64,000 nucleotides of DNA from Lingula anatina. Taxonomy: Eukaryota > Animalia > Brachiopoda. Of this stretch, positions 1 through 10,081 are shown one piece after another; the stretch's first letter is position 1; each line of letters begins with the position of its first letter. The DNA lies in contig CM120646.1 of assembly GCA_051362555.1 (NCBI GenBank), positions 7,998,001-8,062,000 of the forward strand, read 5' to 3'. A model generated the notes under the pieces. The model was not told the DNA's origin. It saw only the letters and a list, made by a program, of their open reading frames with translations, and did no database searches. The translations under genes were made by a program, and so were the position numbers.

Positions 1-370
1 AACATTTATATTTCTGATTTCAATATTGGAATATTCAGGCACAATACAATTTCAATGAGTGATATGCGTTTTTATACATTTTGGATAACATTTTAATGGT
101 TGTAATTCACAGTAAAGCAACTGATTATTCATACCCGCAGAGGATATATCTAACAAACCATTCTGAACAAGATAAAATAAGTATTTTGTCATTTATTGAA
201 CATTTCATCGGTAAGGACTTAGGTCTCTGTTCAGTATTTAATACATGTCGATTGTCACCAGTGGGGCGTTACTTTTTCAAGCAAGACTATGAATAAGAAA
301 ACGCAATCCTTTTGTATTGCTGCTATTTCGGGTAAATGGTTTTATGTTCAATTAATTTTGTTTTAGGAAA

Positions 371-2066
371 ATGGCAGCTGAAATCGTCCAGCTTAACGAC
401 GACACGGAGGATTCCGATGCTGTGATGAAATTCCTTAATAAAAAAGACGGCGTGTCACGCTTTTTAGATGCTATGAAAAGACACTCACAGCGACAAGATG
501 AAAAGATTGAGAGTCTTAAAAGACTCAGTCGTTCAAACGAAGAATATTTAGCAAAAAATGACAGCGAAATTAATGCGCTCAAACAGGAAATCGAACAAGA
601 AACGGATCAAAAAGAAAATTATATGCAACAAGTACAGGAGGAAAAATCAAAATCTGAAGATCTTCGTGAAAAATTAATGGATGCCGAAAGTAAGAAATCA
701 ACACTTGAGGCAACCACAGAGTCCCAGAGGAAAACTATTGAGAACTATAAAACAGAACTAACCGATTGTAAAAGGCAAATCAAGGAAAAGGAAACCGAGC
801 TTCAACAACTAAATAATTCCCATCAAATAACAATAAAGACAAAAGAAGAAGAAAATGCGTCCATGTTGCAAGCTCTAGAGTCTTCAAGGAGAGATGTACA
901 AACCACAACAGACGAGCTGGAAAAAGAGAAGAATGAAAACGCCGAACTGCGCTCAGGCCTTCGGCAGCGTGACTCCGACTTCTCTGCACTGAAGCAAAAT
1001 TGGGAACGGGAGGTTTGTGAGAAAGAGGTACTCGCTGCGTCTCTCAAAGATGTACAACTCACTTTAAAAGATCTTAAAATGAAAAACGAAGACGACATGC
1101 AAAGAAATGGATATGAGATGACGGCATTAAACGAAAAACTAGAGCGGACCACGAATGAAAGAGACGAATCTCTTGATAGGCAGAAGGAACTGAAAGAAAC
1201 CATGAAAAATCTGGATGAAACACTAACGAAAACCTCGACAGAGAAGGTTGGACTAGAAAATGCCCTTAAAACAGAGATAGAAGATAAAGCACGTCTTCGA
1301 GTGTGTCTTGAAGAGGAACGGAAAGACTTTGAGATCAAAATACAACGATCTAGAAACGAAGAGAACATTCTTTTGCAAAATTGCGAAAAACAAAAGAATG
1401 ACATCAGCGCTCTTCAAAAGAAATTGGACGATGCAAAATCTGAAAAAGAGAAACTTTCTAAAGAACTTTGTTTGACGAAAGAAAGTCATTCCATCGCCAT
1501 GAAAGAAGAGCGGGACGCAACGGCTGCGAAATTACAAGAACTACAAAAAAAGAGCGAAGAGGAAAAAAGAGACGCCGAAGCAAGAATGCAATGCAAAATC
1601 GTTGACCTGGAATACCGTAATGCGGAGCTCGATGATTCTCTGAGTCGCGAACAGGCAAGGGTCAAGAAGAGAGATGAGACACTGTCCACAGCGGAAAAAG
1701 CCGTTCGAGAATGTATACAGCTGTCCGAGCAAGGCATAAAGGAGAGGAAGGAGAGGAAGGAGGTGCTGATAAAGATCAAGGACAAAATGGAGTTGTATAC
1801 AAAACGGGCATATGCAGATCAAGCGGGCAGTAGCAGCAAGCGATTTAGTTTACTGGAACAGCCAATCAGAAAAGGTAAGGCATAATTATTTTAAAAACAT
1901 TCAACCTTGAATGAATGAAGTAAACGCAAATTACGATATATTAATAAATGAAGAATTAATATAAGTCAAAGCTGTTTACATTTATTACAAACGTGTCAGG
2001 ATTACACTCCACGATCACAACAACAGCAGCAACAACGTTAACAACAATACTACTGATACTTCGCAC

Positions 2067-2109
<43 letters not shown>

Positions 2110-2903
2110 TATTATTATCGTGATTCTTTAACTTTGATTTGATCCCAAGTCTTTTCTGTGCTTATTTTTATTACAGTTAAGACACAGCGAGAAATTTACT
2201 GTGACAATTTGCGCGCTGGATGGACCGCCATGATTCGAGACCTGGACCTTCTTCTCGATACAGAGTCCAACGAACTCCTAGATTCTCTCTTTCAAAACAG
2301 AGTCATAGAATCAGCCGAGTACAACAAGATCCGCAGCCTCCCCAAACGAACGGGGGAACGAAGTCGTGAGTTTCTGCAGCTCCTTATGGGGAAGAAGCCG
2401 GATTCTATTACAAAATTCATAGAGCTGCTGAAAGAAGACGAACATGCTCGTCATTTAGCTGATATCGTGGAAGGTCCTTCTGCTTTTAGTTCCGGTAAGC
2501 CCCCGACACACACGCACACAAACACATCGAGCGTGCGCAATATTTGCAAAGATCGAGCTAATATGCAACGATGATAGCAATTACATTGGTTTTCCTGTAT
2601 TTGGAGACAAAGAAATCCATCTTTATTGTTTTATTTAGACAATATACTAGTACATATATTTAATCCCCATTTACCTGACCTGAACTGCCTGCACTACTAA
2701 TGTTATGCAGTGTATTATAAATATATATATAAAAACGATAATACTTTTAATTATAGTAACAAAAACACATAATATAATAAAAATAACATTTGGAACTTTG
2801 GTTTTCAGGAGCGCCGTCCTCTGAAGATTTAGCATCATCTGGCAGTGACAGTGATGTCAGCACAGAGAGGAAGGCTGTCCAGGTTTCTGAACCAATGTCG
2901 TAA
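371..2903 (+). CDS. Long coiled-coil protein with C-terminal CARD (death-fold) domain; coding exons 371-1874, 2177-2494, 2809-2903 (~638 aa)
   Basis: 504-aa E/K/Q/L heptad-rich ORF ends at AAA G|gtaagg (1874). A phase-1 acceptor ttacag| (2177) opens an exon resembling a CARD (LLDSLFQNRVI..EYNKI...RSREFLQLL..K...ITKFIELLKE...HLADIV). Donor G|gtaagc (2494), acceptor tttcag| (2809), TAA at 2901-2903; all phases are consistent. Confidence 0.8.
2068..2108. repeat. (TAA)n microsatellite
   Basis: Direct reading. Confidence 0.95.
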
Positions 2904-3227
2904 CAAGCAAAATCCAAACTATTTTCTTAGAGATACAGCTGATTCACATTTTTTTTTGAGAAATAACTTGTGTGTGTGTGGGGGGGGGGGGGGGGGGGGA
3001 GATAAAAACAACAGCATTCACATTTACCTGCATGGGGTTTATTGTTGTTACCACAGTGTTTTTCCAATTAAAACAAAGGCAAAGAAACTCTGATAACCTG
3101 AAAATAAAGGCTGATCCCGCTTGTTCATCAAAACATCAGTTTTATCGGGCCTTAACTGACCCTTGACAAACACGTATAGGGAAGCTTGGGTGATGGTACT
3201 CTCATAACCTAAGTCATAAACATGCCT

Positions 3228-3229
3228 CC

Positions 3230-3284
<55 letters not shown>
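3228..3284. repeat. (CT)n(CA)n compound microsatellite
   Basis: Direct reading. Confidence 0.95.
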
Positions 3285-3286
<2 letters not shown>

Positions 3287-5111
3287 TCGCTGGGTAAAAG
3301 AGTGAAATTTTGCTTAAAATCTTCGAACCCCCAATTGAGAAAGAATAAATAGATTAAATCTCCGGGTATACATGTAGGTATGTGTTTTGTATACTTTTCG
3401 GCTAATTAGTGGGAATAGTCCACATGAATAACTTGTAACGCTTCTCCCCAAAGTTCATAGCCCCTGTTGCAGCTAGAATTCTGTTTTCCAGGTTAAGATA
3501 CATGTACTGTAGGTTGTTCAATGTTTAGAATTCGCATTCAGTCTCACCTAGCACATTCTGCGCAACTGCATTTTAATGAGAAAGATGGCGTTTTTTTAGT
3601 ATGAACGGGCACACGCTTTATTTTCTCATTCTTAAATAATCAGTATGCTAAAACAGTTAGCAATATCATTAAATACAGTTTTGTTTTGTTGTTTTTTTTT
3701 CATATGTATTAATAATTTAATTATTGCAGTGCTAGCAGTCAAAAGTTATCAGTGTAAAGTATTAACAAGTCTACAGTATGTAAGAGGCCGCAAGTTTATG
3801 TAAACTGTTACAAGTTCAAGAGGCTTCACAAGTTCTAGTGAGTAGCTAGCCTATGTATATTATTATTTATTTTCTGCGGTTATCATTGTTCTTTAAAGCT
3901 TTGGAATGACTTATTAATGTGTTGATAGATTAGCACGCAGCCATTATATGATTAAGTTTGATATGTAAAGAAAGGTAAAGCATAGATGTTCAAGACCTGA
4001 TTAAGTGGACTTTATTTCTCAATTGCACGTGACAAGATCAGAAGAAGTCCATTTCAAATTTTATTTTGTATATTTATTTTTACATAATTTCCCTTTGCTA
4101 CTGTTTCAGAACGTGTTTAACCATTGGTGGTTCAATAAAAGTTCAAGAAAACAAGCAACGCATTTGCCAAGATATTAGCCATCATAGTCCCCTACCCCCC
4201 CTTTCATACATAAACATATAACAAGCAAAACAAGACAAAACCAAGCAATATTTCCACCCCTGTGCCTTACACTTTATCGGAAAAAATAGTAATATTTGTC
4301 GAGCGTTGAGAAATTTAATCGTTTTCACCACCATCCCCTCTCTGGAAAGAAAATCCTGGATCTACCAGTGCACCTGTCTGTCTATGCCTATATTGTGTGG
4401 GGTATAGGTCAGTTACAAGTCACGTTGAGTATGATGCAGGAGGTTGTGCCGCATTATGGCGGAGAAGTAAAGCACGATAAGTCTGCCCCCACTGTTCCCG
4501 GTAAACTGATGTCAGGAACAACAGTCATTTTCATAGATCATTATCTTTTCTGGTGTCCTGCATTTTTCGTTTTATTTAATTGAAAAATATATATTACTTC
4601 TATCCCACTGATCAGCAAATGAGTATTACATGCTATTTGTATTGTCATGAAATCGTTCGTATCGCATGGGGGTCATTAGTATGATAAAGACACCAGGCCG
4701 GCGACACGTGTGTGCCTTTTGTATGTTTTAATAACTTGTCTGTTCCCTTGCAAAACATCATGTTCTCATATGTGATTATGGTGTCAGAATGAAATAATTG
4801 CTATGGAAAAACGCTTGAACAGTCCGATTTTTTTTTCACATTGAATTGAACTTCGCGGAATTAATGGAAGAATTTTACTTTTATGGCTGTTTGATTATAT
4901 CTTACAAGTAAAATGCTTCACAAAGTCGCGTCTCTTTTGTTATGTATGTTATGTGGTGCACAGGCTAAAATAACGAAAGCGTTTTGATTCAGACAATGAC
5001 AATTTCAGCTTGATAATAAAACAAAAATAACAAATTGCTCTGGTTACTTCTGTTGTTCGACTCTTGACCTCTTAAGTGTTCACTAATTGAGACCATATTA
5101 GAGCCATTGGA

Positions 5112-6186
5112 TTAGGTTACTTTCCCGTAAAGATTTGCCCCTTCCATGGTGTCGCCTGTATTGAACAGCAATTGATTTATAACCATTTCATTTTTGCTTA
5201 TAATACCGTTTCTGTCAAAATCCATTTCAGAGAAAACTTCTGCAGAAAATTTAGCGTGGAAAATCTTGAGAAAATTGGCATACTCTTTTTCATCAAGAGT
5301 GTCATCCCCGTTTTCATCCACCAGCTCAAAGAACGTAAGATCCCAATTGTCTTCTATGTCCAGACTATGACGCTCAACCATTTTCGCAATGATTTCGGCT
5401 TTGTTTTTGATCACATCGTTTGCGCTAAAGCCTACTAAGTTTTCGTCATGCATAACCACTTTCCACCACTTGTCCCATATGGCCTGCAAATAAGCTCTGA
5501 TTTTCTCTTCCTTCTCGGCAGACTTCGTTATTGCACCTACTCTTGCTGCCGTCATATTTACATATTCGTTTTTATCCATCCTTCCATCTCCGTTTAGGTC
5601 CATGATGCCTATGAAATATCTCCATTTGGCAGTCCAAATATCACTTGGTGGCTCTTCTTGTACCTGTAAGAGAAACAGGCATTCACCATCTTATGATTAA
5701 GGTTCTATCAATTTTCACCGTTATTAATGTCCCCATACCATGCTTTTCGTCTGTTATAATTAAAGTAATAAAATAATATGCTTTTATTGTGTTTATGTGT
5801 CTTGCTTGTCGGTGCTCAGAACATCAGTTTATTTCCTGCGGCTTTCTCACGTATGAGACGGTGTTATAGTGTGCAGTTCTGCAGTTAGCAGGACTGTTTT
5901 ATGGATCTTAGTATTTGTTATTGAATTAACCTGAACTGCTAACACTGACCTTACAATTCAACATTCGTTTCGCCAAATTGGTTGTTTTTTGAAACGCCAA
6001 ACAAGAAAAATGATTAATAAGATTTTTTGTCATGCCTTATCCGTGAAATATTACATTACATAAAGAAAAGCTTTGGTAGGTCAGCGCAGGTAATTTTGAT
6101 ACCTTTTTATCCCGTATAACCAGTGTGGAACCAACGCCACTCGTCAACATGACAACGAAAACGGTTATCAATAGACTGCATAACAT
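5112..6186 (-). CDS. Sarcoplasmic calcium-binding protein (SCP)-like EF-hand protein with signal peptide; exons 6103-6186, 5112-5663
   Basis: Exon 1 is MLCSLLITVFVVMLTSGVGSTLVIRDKK|gtatc. A phase-0 acceptor cttacag| gives VQEEPPSDIWTAKWRYFIGIMDLNGDGRMDKNEY. Three canonical EF loops (DLNGDGRMDKNE, DENGDDTLDEKE, DFDRNGIISKNE) with a degenerate second site, as in the SCP/photoprotein fold; ends LYGKVT. Confidence 0.85.
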
Positions 6187-6656
6187 CTTGGTTGGGTGCA
6201 GGTATTCTAACAGCGGTTATATTCCAAGACCTAAAAGACATCATTTTAAACCTTCGTTATGGTCACTTACAAAGCCATCTCACATTCTCCATTCAATTTA
6301 ATTAATTTTTACTAAGTAGAAAGATATGCAACTTGTCAGGGAGTGAGTATGATGTCTAACGTCTCAGAAAATGCGTAGAATGTTTATTTGTTTACTTTAA
6401 ATAACTCAATAAATAGCTTGCGGCTACTTTCGTGGTTTTAAGTAATTTAAAAACCTTCCTTACCTCTTTTAGTGCAGGTCATTATTTTTAGTGTTTTTTT
6501 TTTTTTTTTTTACAATTTAGCCATTCATAAATTCGTCAAATCTATAACATCCATTATTAGCAAGACGATATGGTGACAGGGCAAGATTAAACGCTTTGCA
6601 GAAAAAAACACGGCCAACTGCACTCTCATAGAAAGTAAATTCTCAAAAATGTCGAT

Positions 6657-7380
6657 AGTAGAAGTGGGCAACTTTGGCTTACTCGATTTTTGGATTTCTG
6701 AGTACCTTATAGCTTACAATAGATTGTGTAAACAATATTTTTGGATTTCTGAGTACCTTATAGCTTACAATAGAGTGTGTCAACAATAAAGACATCATTT
6801 CTTTTGTATTTTTGGGCAACTTCGACTTACAATAGAGTGTGTCAACAATAAAGACAGCATTTCTTTTGTTTTATTGGCAACTACGACTTACAATAGTGTG
6901 TGTAAACAGTGACGCTTACTCGCAGTTTGGAATTCTGACCAACTTATAGCTTACAATAGCCTTTGATCGGACAAAGAGCGACCAGCTAACATTCTGCTTA
7001 CTTAACAATAATGAATGGCGATATTTGTTTATTGACAAGGTAGTTTTATTTACAGAAGGGTTTACAATCACATGTCCATCACCAGAATATATGCTACGCA
7101 TTTAGACTGTGGGTTATATTTTATAAATAGCAATATTCAGGAAGTGGAAGAAAATAAATCAACTTATACAACAGATTATTTACTATTTTCTCTGAACTGG
7201 TATCTTGAGAGGAATAGCATATCGGCGATGGAAAGTTAACGGCGGGTGTTGCTCTCCCTTTTGATAGTAATGTAAAAGCGCCTTGCATATTGGATCATTC
7301 TCGATAAGGTTATTATTGTAAATAAAAGGGTCAAGGGATTTGTTCCCATATTTGCAATTTTCCGATTCACTATCGTCCCT
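6657..7380. repeat. Left terminal inverted repeat (724 bp)
   Basis: Reverse complement of 9358-10081; about 3 substitutions noticed by eye. Confidence 0.95.
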
Positions 7381-8703
7381 CTCTGTAGCCGACTCGTTGG
7401 AAGTTGCACCGCTTTCCAACTCGCTGTCCTCTGACTCTGTGTTTGACATTTCGGTTTGCTCCGATTCCCCAGTATTAGCTAATTCTATGCTGTCAGACAC
7501 ATCGGAATCGGTAGAGTATTCACTGTCAGGATTCGCTCTATGGCTGCCAGGCATAGATCGACCTTTATAAGTTAACGGGGACTCTTCATATTCTGAATCC
7601 GACACATACCGTTGTAATAGGGGAGTTCCCTTTCCTGTCTGTTTAGTTTTCGGTCTAAAATTATATCTCTTTGATGGAACAGCGTAGGGCTTAAAACGCG
7701 TTCGCTTATGCACGGGTTCTCTTGGTGTTTTATCAAACAGCTTTCTTTTAGGTCCCGCCATGGGACTGTCGACTCCACTGGTAATGGTGGGCGGTCTTTG
7801 CGGTGAACCTACAGTCCTATATGGCGGAGGGAGTGCTGAGTGTTGTGTAGGAGTGGTCTTCATATACACTGTTTCAGCCACCATAGGGTTATGGAACTGC
7901 CCTTCTTGTGTTTTTTGTCGTTTCCAGTATGACTGTTTCTCGAGGGACAGTTCGTCATTCAAATCAACCTTTTCGTCCAAGGTAAGGTCATCTCTTTTCC
8001 ACAACTTGCGTTGGTCTGCTTCTATTTTATCAGTTATTTTGGTAAACGGTTGCGCCTTATGTTTCTCCTCTTGTAAATACTTTACAGTCTCTGATTGGTA
8101 CTCATCGTCGTTGTTTTCCTCGGGAAATATACCAACGCGTAGACGACAGTCGTCTGGAGTGTCCTGTTTTAGATCGATGAAGAGGTAGCCATGAGGAGGA
8201 GATGTTGCTTGTTTAAAAACTCGAAGGAAATCTTTTACATCACCGGGATACATCTGCTGGGCTAGTGTTCTGACCTGCAATGTGTCCCTTGGGTTTTTAA
8301 AGAGGACGAGATAATGGCAGTTCAAGGAGATGGTTCTCGCTTCCTTCTCTCTGGGAAAAAGGTTTTGGGTAATAAGGATGACGCTAACATTGCAATGATG
8401 GGAGACTTTGGTAAATAAGTCACGTATTCTGCTATCAACCGCTGCTTCGGCAAATAGGTCGTCAAATACTATGAGATTGTTCACATTAGGATCAAAGAAA
8501 TCGTCATCTTGGATATTGGAAGGAATGCCTTGGTGAAATGTAATAAAACCCTTTGACTCGACCAGCATGACTTCATATAAATGTTGCCACACATCGTAAC
8601 ACCAAATTATTCTTTGTGGGCGTGGTGAAATCATTGATTGGGCGTGTGCAATCAATCGTTTCACGAAAACCGATTTCCCACTCCCCGTCGGACCAGTCAC
8701 CAT
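7183..8703 (-). CDS. Polinton/adintovirus-type A32-like (FtsK-HerA superfamily) packaging ATPase with long C-terminal extension
   Basis: Walker A GPTGSGKS, Walker B LIVFDD, SHH.NVSVILITQNLF and RTISLNCHYLVLFKNPRD motifs; intronless. About 310 aa of C-terminal extension; the stop codon lies inside the left TIR. Confidence 0.9.
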   Translation of the reverse strand: MVTGPTGSGKSVFVKRLIAHAQSMISPRPQRIIWCYDVWQHLYEVMLVESKGFITFHQGIPSNIQDDDFFDPNVNNLIVFDDLFAEAAVDSRIRDLFTKVSHHCNVSVILITQNLFPREKEARTISLNCHYLVLFKNPRDTLQVRTLAQQMYPGDVKDFLRVFKQATSPPHGYLFIDLKQDTPDDCRLRVGIFPEENNDDEYQSETVKYLQEEKHKAQPFTKITDKIEADQRKLWKRDDLTLDEKVDLNDELSLEKQSYWKRQKTQEGQFHNPMVAETVYMKTTPTQHSALPPPYRTVGSPQRPPTITSGVDSPMAGPKRKLFDKTPREPVHKRTRFKPYAVPSKRYNFRPKTKQTGKGTPLLQRYVSDSEYEESPLTYKGRSMPGSHRANPDSEYSTDSDVSDSIELANTGESEQTEMSNTESEDSELESGATSNESATERDDSESENCKYGNKSLDPFIYNNNLIENDPICKALLHYYQKGEQHPPLTFHRRYAIPLKIPVQRK

Positions 8704-8739
8704 GGCAGTAAATGGGGATATGAGTGGTCCACACTCACT

Positions 8740-8847
8740 TCAAGCCTGCAGATTAAGCTGAGTTTTCGCCTGGTGTACACTCATTACGTGTCTATCCAAG
8801 TTGTCCTTTCTGGAGAAGGTTTTTGCGCACTCTGTACACTTGAGCAT
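8740..8847 (-). CDS. 35-aa C2H2 zinc finger ORF, in frame with the ATPase ORF (separated by one TGA)
   Basis: MLKCTECAKTFSRKDNLDRHVMSVHQAKTQLNLQA* matches C-x2-C-x3-F-x5-L-x2-H-x4-H. The TGA at 8742-8740 is 13 codons upstream of the ATPase ATG. Too short for the supplied ORF track. Confidence 0.8.
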   Translation of the reverse strand: MLKCTECAKTFSRKDNLDRHVMSVHQAKTQLNLQA

Positions 8848-8898
8848 CTTTTGAAAGAATGAGAAGGGAGGGTGAGGAGTAAGCTATTTATATACACC

Positions 8899-9250
8899 CC
8901 TCCTCCTCCTCCTCCTCCCTAACTACTCCGAAGGTGTACACCCCTCTACTCCTCCTCCTCATTTTCTTCTTCTCTACACCTCCTGACTTAATCTTCCTCC
9001 TCCTCCTCATCTTCTTGGAAGGAAGGAAAGTGTAGGTAGGACGGATGAGGAGGAGGAGGGGGAAATATGTAGGGAGGAGCAAGAACACCCACCTCCTCCT
9101 CCTCCTCATTTTCTTCTTCTCTACACCTCCTGACTTAATCTTCCTCCTCCTCCTCATCTTCTTGGAAGGAAGGAAAGTGGAGGTAGGACGGAGGAGGAGG
9201 AGGAGGGGGAAATATGTAGGGAGGAGCAAGAACACCCTCCTCCTCATCCT
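8899..9250. repeat. Two ~147-bp tandem direct repeats built of (CCT)n and (GGA)n tracts inside the element
   Basis: ATTTTCTTCTTCTCTACACC at 8961 and 9108; near-identical units. Confidence 0.9.
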
Positions 9251-9357
9251 CTTCCCTACACCTCTAAATAAACAACCCAATAATGCACTGGAACAAACTA
9301 GAGTGCGAGCGCACTTTTACCTATAAGATGAGACGAGACTGAAAATCAAAACAGACA

Positions 9358-10081
9358 AGGGACGATAGTGAATCGGAAAATTGCAAATATGGGAACAAAT
9401 CCCTTGACCCTTTTATTTACAATAATAACCTTATCGAGAATGATCCGATATGCAAGGCGCTTTTACATTACTATCAAAAGGGAGAGCAACACACGCCGTT
9501 AACTTTCCATCGCCGATATGCTATTCCTCTCAAGATACCAGTTCAGAGAAAATAGTAAATAATCTGTTGTATAAGTTGATTTATTTTCTTCCACTTCCTG
9601 AATATTGCTATTTATAAAATATAACCCACAGTCTAAATGCGTAGCATATATTCTGGTGATGGACATGTGATTGTAAACCCTTCTGTAAATAAAACTACCT
9701 TGTCAATAAACAAATATCGCCATTCATTATTGTTAAGTAAGCAGAATGTTAGCTGGTCGCTCTTTGTCCGATCAAAGGCTATTGTAAGCTATAAGTTGGT
9801 CAGAATTCCAAACTGCGAGTAAGCGTCACTGTTTACACACACTATTGTAAGTCGTAGTTGCCAATAAAACAAAAGAAATGCTGTCTTTATTGTTGACACA
9901 CTCTATTGTAAGTCGAAGTTGTCCAAAAATACAAAAGAAATGATGTCTTTATTGTTGACACACTCTATTGTAAGCTATAAGGTACTCAGAAATCCAAAAA
10001 TATTGTTTACACAATCTATTGTAAGCTATAAGGTACTCAGAAATCCAAAAATCGAGTAAGCCAAAGTTGCCCACTTCTACT
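9358..10081. repeat. Right terminal inverted repeat (724 bp)
   Basis: Reverse complement of 6657-7380; explains the identical 61-aa ORFs at 6916-7101 and 9637-9822. Confidence 0.95.

Larger units (their letters stand above)
6657..10081. mobile_element. Non-autonomous mini Polinton/Maverick-like element, 3,425 bp
   Basis: TSD GTCGAT at 6651-6656 and 10082-10087; termini AGTAGAAGTGGG...CCCACTTCTACT; TIRs 6657-7380 and 9358-10081; encodes an A32-like packaging ATPase. A 6-bp TSD and AG..CT ends are Polinton hallmarks. No integrase, pPolB or capsid ORF is present. Confidence 0.9.

Noticed and set aside
352-1822. Several minus-strand ORFs over the coiled-coil exon
   Set aside because: S/F/L-rich antisense shadows of an E/K-rich coding strand
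6686-6960. Repeat array resembling CRISPR
   Set aside because: Intervening sequences are themselves repeated, the context is eukaryotic, there are no cas genes, and it lies inside a TIR
6916-7101. Identical 61-aa ORFs here and at 9637-9822
   Set aside because: Identity follows from the TIR; no recognisable motif
8888-9326. Arg-rich ORFs on both strands (protamine/core-protein-like)
   Set aside because: Translation of CCT/GGA repeats; both strands give similar peptides
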